NCBI GenBank assembly: GCA_034722955.1
Contig: JAYEOM010000087.1
Span: forward strand, 1-11,943
Direction of reading: 5' to 3'
Origin: Campylobacterota bacterium
GTDB lineage: Bacteria > Campylobacterota > Campylobacteria > Campylobacterales > Sulfurovaceae
Length of the DNA stretch: 11,943 bases
The notes beneath the pieces are model-generated. The model was not told the origin of the DNA. It did not search any database and worked only from the letters and a program-made list of their open reading frames with translations. Of this stretch, positions 7,864 to 11,943 are shown one piece after another (the stretch's first letter is position 1; every line of letters starts with the position of its first letter). The translations under genes were made by a program, and so were the position numbers.

Positions 7864-7867
7864 GAAA

Positions 7868-8051
7868 GCCCGGATAGCCGTTCTGCATAAAGTCGGCCCT
7901 AATAAGCCAACGGTGTAGGAGAGAGCATATCTTCAGGGGTCAAATCCTCGCTGAAAATCAGCTCAAACAGAAATGTCCGCACACCGATCTGACTACATGT
8001 CCCACAAAACTAAGTGTTGGACCCCAAATACAGTAGTCGTACTATCCAGGT
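7868..8051 (-). ncRNA. ssrS: 6S RNA (epsilonproteobacterial 'purD RNA motif' locus)
   Basis: About 184-nt rod with nested stems on the minus strand: CCUGGAUAGU/GCUAUCCGGG, CUGUAU/AUGCAG, GGUCC/GGGCC, AGUCA/UGGCU, CGGUGU/ACACCG, GAGC/GCUC, UUUCAG/CUGAAG, plus internal bubbles. Non-canonical positions are G-U on the minus strand but A-C on the plus strand. It has its own promoter, and the position upstream of purD matches the known Helicobacter/Campylobacter 6S location. Ends are approximate. Confidence 0.88.
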
Positions 8052-8057
8052 GAATTT

Positions 8058-8086
8058 ATTATAGCCTATTTGAGATTACAAGGCAA
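8058..8086 (-). promoter_or_regulatory. Sigma70 promoter of the 6S RNA
   Basis: Minus strand TTGCCT (8086-8081), 17-bp spacer, TATAAT (8063-8058). The predicted +1 at about 8051 coincides with the 5' end of the closing stem. Confidence 0.8.
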
Positions 8087-8109
8087 TAAAATATCTTCGA
8101 TTGAGATAT
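8085..8109 (-). terminator. Weak AT-rich hairpin after hemD (possible terminator or operator)
   Basis: Minus strand ATATCT-CAATCGA-AGATAT followed by TTTATT. Only 6 bp and mostly A-T. Confidence 0.25.
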
Positions 8110-8135
8110 AAGGTGACTCAGATTGTTACGGCTAT

Positions 8136-8780
8136 TTATAATATAGTTTTTGCTTTATCGACACAAGCATCGATCAGAGGAGTATCAGCCACCAAAAATT
8201 TGGCATCAGGTGGGAGATGTACTTTTGTTGATTTGCCGATCACTATAGCAGTATAACTACTCAACCAATCAAAATTTTTGAGAAAACAGTCTATCGTTGA
8301 TGGAGAGGTAAAGATAATGATAGCATCATTGGGTGGCTGCATTTTGGAACTATACTCAACACAGATAGTTTTGTAGATGATCTGCTCTTGCAGTATGATA
8401 TCTCTTTTTGATAGATATCCTCTACTGTCAAAAGTGATCTTTTCAGGACGGAGATAGAGGATTTGACGATCTACAAAAAAGTCTGCAATATCCTCTGCCA
8501 GCTTCTCTCCATAAAAATTCTGAGGATGAAAGATAACAGTACCGCTTAGCAGCTCTATCTGTTTTTTTGTCGCTGAACCGATGGCAATAGCAGGGATATC
8601 CCTCCACTTTGGATCTATAGCTTCAGCAGTGACAACTGCCTGTTTCGAAGTAAACATAAGTGTATCACATAGAGAGAGATCTATATGATCTGCCACTTGA
8701 TCGAAAGAGATCATCGGTAGAGATATCACACCCTCTTTGGGCTTGGGAGAGAGTAGATATATAGGTCGCTTCTCTCTCAT
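8136..8780 (-). CDS. hemD: Uroporphyrinogen-III synthase
   Basis: LPMI, LMFTSKQAV, AIGSATKKQI, ILYLRP, IIYKT, IIFTSPSTI and VIGKST match the two-domain HemD pattern. The ATG directly follows the CDF stop. Confidence 0.9.
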   Translation of the reverse strand: MREKRPIYLLSPKPKEGVISLPMISFDQVADHIDLSLCDTLMFTSKQAVVTAEAIDPKWRDIPAIAIGSATKKQIELLSGTVIFHPQNFYGEKLAEDIADFFVDRQILYLRPEKITFDSRGYLSKRDIILQEQIIYKTICVEYSSKMQPPNDAIIIFTSPSTIDCFLKNFDWLSSYTAIVIGKSTKVHLPPDAKFLVADTPLIDACVDKAKTIL

Positions 8781-9713
8781 TTACTTCTCTAAATCAACTA
8801 ACTTTACACCACGCAGCATCGCTTCATTGATATCCTCATCATCATAAGGATCAAAATGCGGTGTGATGACCCACCGTTTTTCAGGCTCTAAAACCATGAT
8901 CTCATCTTCTACCTCATTGGCTATATTGTGTGCTTCAAGCAGAAGCATTTCAGGATGTAAAACCATATGAAATTCTATAAAATTAGTAGTTCCATCTGTA
9001 CGGGTCTTGAGCCAATGATATCCTGTAATTTTAGGATGTTTGTCAATAATTTTTTCAATATTATCAACGACCTCTTGCTCCAGGGCTTGATCCAACAGCA
9101 TCAAAACACCCTCTTCGATAATCTCATAAGCTGAGTAGATAATATACATACCAATCGCCAAACCAAACAGAGCATCGATGATATCCAATCCAGTTAAGTA
9201 GACCAACGCCAATGCTACCAAAACAGCACCATTACTCCAGAGATCTGTTTTATAATGAAGTGCATCAGCCTTGATAACAATACTGTTTGTTGTATCAGCA
9301 ACACGCATAAGATAACGAACCAGAAAGTAGGTCACAGCAATAGAAAAAAGCATCACTACAATAGATGGTCCCAAGAGTTCTGTTGTCGATCCATTGATCA
9401 TCTTCTTAACAGACTCATACATGATGTAGAGACCCGATATAGTGATCACTGTCCCTTCAATCACGCCTGCTAAAGCCTGTATTTTCCCTTTGCCGTATTG
9501 AAAACGAGCATCAGGGTTCTCTTCGGACTTTTTGATAGCAAAAAAGTTAAACATAGAGACAACAGAATCGAGTAGTGAATCTATCGCTGATGCCAAGACA
9601 GCGATAGAGCCGCTAGCTATACCTATCGCAAGCTTGACAATGACTAAAATCACTGCCACAGATGTAGAGACGACGGTAGCTTTTTTCTGCGGTGACATTA
9701 TACCAGTTGACAT
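8781..9713 (-). CDS. Cation diffusion facilitator transporter, FieF/YiiP-like
   Basis: KLAIGIASGSIAVLASAIDSLLD (TM2 DxxxD), RFQYGKGK, ADALHYKTD (TM5 HxxxD), and a cytosolic domain with IEFHMV, EAHNIA and PHFDP. The DD-HD site A is as in YiiP. SD AAGGAG at 9724-9719. Confidence 0.92.
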   Translation of the reverse strand: MSTGIMSPQKKATVVSTSVAVILVIVKLAIGIASGSIAVLASAIDSLLDSVVSMFNFFAIKKSEENPDARFQYGKGKIQALAGVIEGTVITISGLYIMYESVKKMINGSTTELLGPSIVVMLFSIAVTYFLVRYLMRVADTTNSIVIKADALHYKTDLWSNGAVLVALALVYLTGLDIIDALFGLAIGMYIIYSAYEIIEEGVLMLLDQALEQEVVDNIEKIIDKHPKITGYHWLKTRTDGTTNFIEFHMVLHPEMLLLEAHNIANEVEDEIMVLEPEKRWVITPHFDPYDDEDINEAMLRGVKLVDLEK

Positions 9714-9738
9714 AGAGACTCCTTTTTTTCGACTAAAC

Positions 9739-11601
9739 CTAGAGTGCTTTGCTAGCTATCGCTGTGATACGATTGGCGAAAGCAGCTTTATCTTTCGGCT
9801 CTAACCCCTCTGCTAGTTTCGCAGAGTCCAAAAGTACCCAAGAGATATCCCCAAAGAGACTCTCATCACCCAAATCATTAAGCTTTTTGATCATCTCATG
9901 ATCTGGATTTATCTCCAATATCAATGGGATTTCAGGCATCTCTTGCCCCATCTGGGCAAACATCTGTGCCATACCTGCCATCGGATCGGAGCTATCTTTT
10001 AGAACACAAGAGGGGCTGGAGGTGAGTCTACTCGTAGTCTTTACCTCTTTTACCTCATCACCGAGAGCCTCTTTGATCTTATCTGTCAGAGATTTGAACT
10101 CTTTGCTGATCTCCTCTTTCTCCTCTTCGCTTTGGCTATCAGGTGCTTCAACTGTCGTGATATCTTTGAGGCTCCACTCTTTGTAGCTTCCGATCATAGG
10201 TGTAACGATCTCATCGATCTCTTTATCATCCATGATTAATACTTCGATACTTGCTTTCTTGTATGCTTCTAGCAGAGGTGAGCTTCTCAATACATTTTCG
10301 TTATCTCCGATGATATAGTAGATCTCTCTCTTCTCACTATCACCACGACTCATATAGTCATCTAGAGATATAAGCCCATCTTCGCTAGAGCTCTTGTATC
10401 GCACGATCTCCAACAGTGTCTCTTTGTTGGTGTGATCTGTATATATCCCCTCTTTTACAACTTTATTGTACTGACCAGTAAATAGCTCGGCATCTTCACC
10501 ATCTAGCTTTTTGATAGCTGTGAGTACTCTTTTGACGGAGTTTTGTTTGATGTTGGCAAGGATTTTATTCTCCTGAAGAATCTCCCTGCTGACATTGAGC
10601 GGAAGATCTTCACTGTCGATCACCCCTTTGACAAATCTCAGATAAGATGGAAGCAGCTCTTTATCATCATCGGTAATAAAGACTCGTTTTACATAGAGTT
10701 TTACACCTGGTTGATAATCGGCACGATAGATATCCATAGGTGCTGTTTTTGGAATATAAAATAGTGTAGTGAACTCTTGTGCACCCTCTACCTTGTTGTG
10801 CAGATAAGTCAATGGCTCATCATCTCCGTGAGCTATGGATTTATAAAACTCTACATAATCATCTTTTTTGAGATCTGATTTAGAGAGTGTCCAGAGTGCT
10901 GTAGCGGCATTGACCTGTTCAGATTTTTTGACCTTCTGCGTAACTGCATCATCTCCCTCACCTGTTGTCTCATCCTCTTTGTAGTTGAGTATGATCGGGT
11001 AAGCTATGTGATTGGAGTATTTTTTGACTACCTCTTGCGTTCTCCACTTGGAGATGAACTCTTTCTCATCATCTTTGAGCTTGATATAGACAACTGTGCC
11101 ATGCTCCTCTTTGGTCACAGGCCTCACTTCATACTCACCTGTACCATCCGTACTAAACATATATGCCTGATCTTCACCAGCTTTTTTGGTGATCACATCT
11201 ACTTGGTCAGCGACCATAAATACAGAGTAGAAACCTACACCAAACTGCCCGATGAGATGACTATCTTTTTTGGCATCGCCTGTGAGATTTTCGACAAATG
11301 ATTTCGTACCTGATTTGGCAATAGTACCTAGATGATTCATCAAATCCTCTTCACTCATACCGATACCGTTGTCACCGATGGTCAATGAGCCATCCTCCTC
11401 ATCGAGTCCTATAGAGATCTTTCCCGTCCAATCTTCACCCTTAAATCTATCATCTGTCAATCTAAGATAGTTGAACTTATCCAATGCATCACTAGAGTTA
11501 GAGATTAGCTCTCTGATAAATATCTCTTTGTTTGAGTATAGTGAGTGAGTCATAAGCTTAAGTAACTGACCTATCTCTGTCTGAAATTGATGTTTTGCCA
11601 T
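9739..11601 (-). CDS. htpG: Molecular chaperone HtpG (Hsp90)
   Basis: HSLYSNKEIFIRELISNSSDALDK, DNGIGMS, LGTIAKSGT, IGQFGVGFYS, LYVKRVFI, GVIDSEDLPLNVSREILQ and LEINPDH. SD AAGGA at 11615-11611. Confidence 0.98.
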   Translation of the reverse strand: MAKHQFQTEIGQLLKLMTHSLYSNKEIFIRELISNSSDALDKFNYLRLTDDRFKGEDWTGKISIGLDEEDGSLTIGDNGIGMSEEDLMNHLGTIAKSGTKSFVENLTGDAKKDSHLIGQFGVGFYSVFMVADQVDVITKKAGEDQAYMFSTDGTGEYEVRPVTKEEHGTVVYIKLKDDEKEFISKWRTQEVVKKYSNHIAYPIILNYKEDETTGEGDDAVTQKVKKSEQVNAATALWTLSKSDLKKDDYVEFYKSIAHGDDEPLTYLHNKVEGAQEFTTLFYIPKTAPMDIYRADYQPGVKLYVKRVFITDDDKELLPSYLRFVKGVIDSEDLPLNVSREILQENKILANIKQNSVKRVLTAIKKLDGEDAELFTGQYNKVVKEGIYTDHTNKETLLEIVRYKSSSEDGLISLDDYMSRGDSEKREIYYIIGDNENVLRSSPLLEAYKKASIEVLIMDDKEIDEIVTPMIGSYKEWSLKDITTVEAPDSQSEEEKEEISKEFKSLTDKIKEALGDEVKEVKTTSRLTSSPSCVLKDSSDPMAGMAQMFAQMGQEMPEIPLILEINPDHEMIKKLNDLGDESLFGDISWVLLDSAKLAEGLEPKDKAAFANRITAIASKAL

Positions 11602-11638
11602 ATTATATTATCCTTTGCATTTATGCTAATTTTTCGGA

Positions 11639-11667
11639 AGTATACAAAAAAATAGAAAAAATTTCAA
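11639..11667 (-). promoter_or_regulatory. Sigma70 promoter of htpG
   Basis: Minus strand TTGAAA (11667-11662), 17-bp spacer, TATACT (11644-11639), about 38 nt upstream of the ATG. Confidence 0.8.
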
Positions 11668-11683
11668 GAGTTTATGAAGAATT

Positions 11684-11704
11684 CTTTAGTCTATATGACT
11701 AAAG
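11684..11704. promoter_or_regulatory. HAIR-like operator (putative HspR binding site)
   Basis: Perfect inverted repeat CTTTAGT-N7-ACTAAAG (arms extend to 8 bp, CTTTAGTC/GACTAAAG). It differs from the HAIR consensus CTTGAGT-N7-ACTCAAG by one symmetric substitution and lies 16 bp upstream of the htpG -35. Confidence 0.75.
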
Positions 11705-11714
11705 GATATATTGA

Positions 11715-11737
11715 AGAGGGTCATTTCCTCTCTTTTT
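11715..11737. terminator. Short hairpin with T-tract upstream of the htpG operator
   Basis: AGAGGG-TCATT-TCCTCT followed by CTTTTT on the plus strand. Which transcript it would serve is unclear. Confidence 0.3.
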
Positions 11738-11842
11738 GGGACCTCTATGGCATATTTCGAGTTTAATTTGCTTGCCATTATTTTGCGTGCAATCGGGTCT
11801 ATTATTTTAGAGATATGTTTTTAAGCTCCCTCGTTATCAACA

Positions 11843-11926
11843 TCAATCATAAGTTTTTAGTCTTGCTTGACATAAAAAGATTGTAGTAAAGAGTAAGGCT
11901 ATTTTTTTCTTAAAGTTTATTTTCAT
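11843..11926 (-). CDS. Possible small peptide or gene remnant, 27 aa (MKINFKKKIALLFTTIFLCQARLKTYD)
   Basis: ATG start with AGGG 7 nt upstream, a basic N-terminus and a hydrophobic core. Too short for the ORF track and may be a chance ORF. Confidence 0.25.
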   Translation of the reverse strand: MKINFKKKIALLFTTIFLCQARLKTYD

Positions 11927-11943
11927 CACCTGACCCTAAGATT

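Noticed and set aside
7868..8051. Interpretation as a purine/ZTP/PRPP riboswitch upstream of purD
   Set aside because: It lacks the aptamer architectures of those classes. The rod shape, size and dedicated promoter fit 6S RNA, which is the established identity of this locus.
7838..8079. Exact 10-bp inverted match GTAATCTCAA (7838-7847) / TTGAGATTAC (8070-8079) flanking the 6S gene
   Set aside because: Short and AT-rich, so plausible by chance. One copy lies in the promoter spacer and would not be in the primary 6S transcript. No target-site duplication or transposase is present.
9027..9059. Cluster of four ATT Ile codons in the CDF gene, whereas neighbouring genes seem to favour ATC/ATA (possible recombined patch)
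   Set aside because: Too few codons to judge by eye; it needs a sliding-window codon-usage computation.
11615..11630. CIRCE-like TTAGCA...TGCAAA in the htpG leader (minus strand)
   Set aside because: Only a partial half-site, and the spacing does not match TTAGCACTC-N9-GAGTGCTAA.
11855..11878. Second HAIR-like half site TTTTAGTC and a plus-strand TTGACA (11867-11872)
   Set aside because: The right arm is out of register for HAIR, and there is no credible -10 box 16-18 bp after the TTGACA.

Overview
This is a core-genome region of a Campylobacterota (epsilonproteobacterial) chromosome, probably Sulfurovum-like; that assignment is inferred from protein features and gene order. Every supported gene lies on the minus strand. 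In transcription order: htpG (Hsp90), FieF/YiiP-type cation diffusion facilitator, hemD, 6S RNA (the epsilonproteobacterial 'purD motif' locus), purD, RDD-family membrane protein, lptD, an 89-aa J-domain protein, a divergent phosphoribosyltransferase-family protein, pnp, atpE and tRNA-Leu(GAG). I see no mobile element, CRISPR array or defence system, and I cannot support a claim of a wholly new system. The best leads are regulatory. (1) The 6S-purD intergenic region: the 6S RNA has a mutually exclusive alternative fold, its 3' strand is complementary to the purD ribosome-binding site, and a 61-bp inverted repeat lies between them. (2) A perfect HspR/HAIR-type operator sits just upstream of a clean sigma70 promoter for an htpG-CDF-hemD unit. 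(3) A minimal J-domain co-chaperone is tightly embedded between lptD and the PRTase/pnp genes. (4) The tRNA and atpE promoters share a motif, and the tRNA -10 box sits inside a hairpin loop. All structures were paired by eye, not computed.
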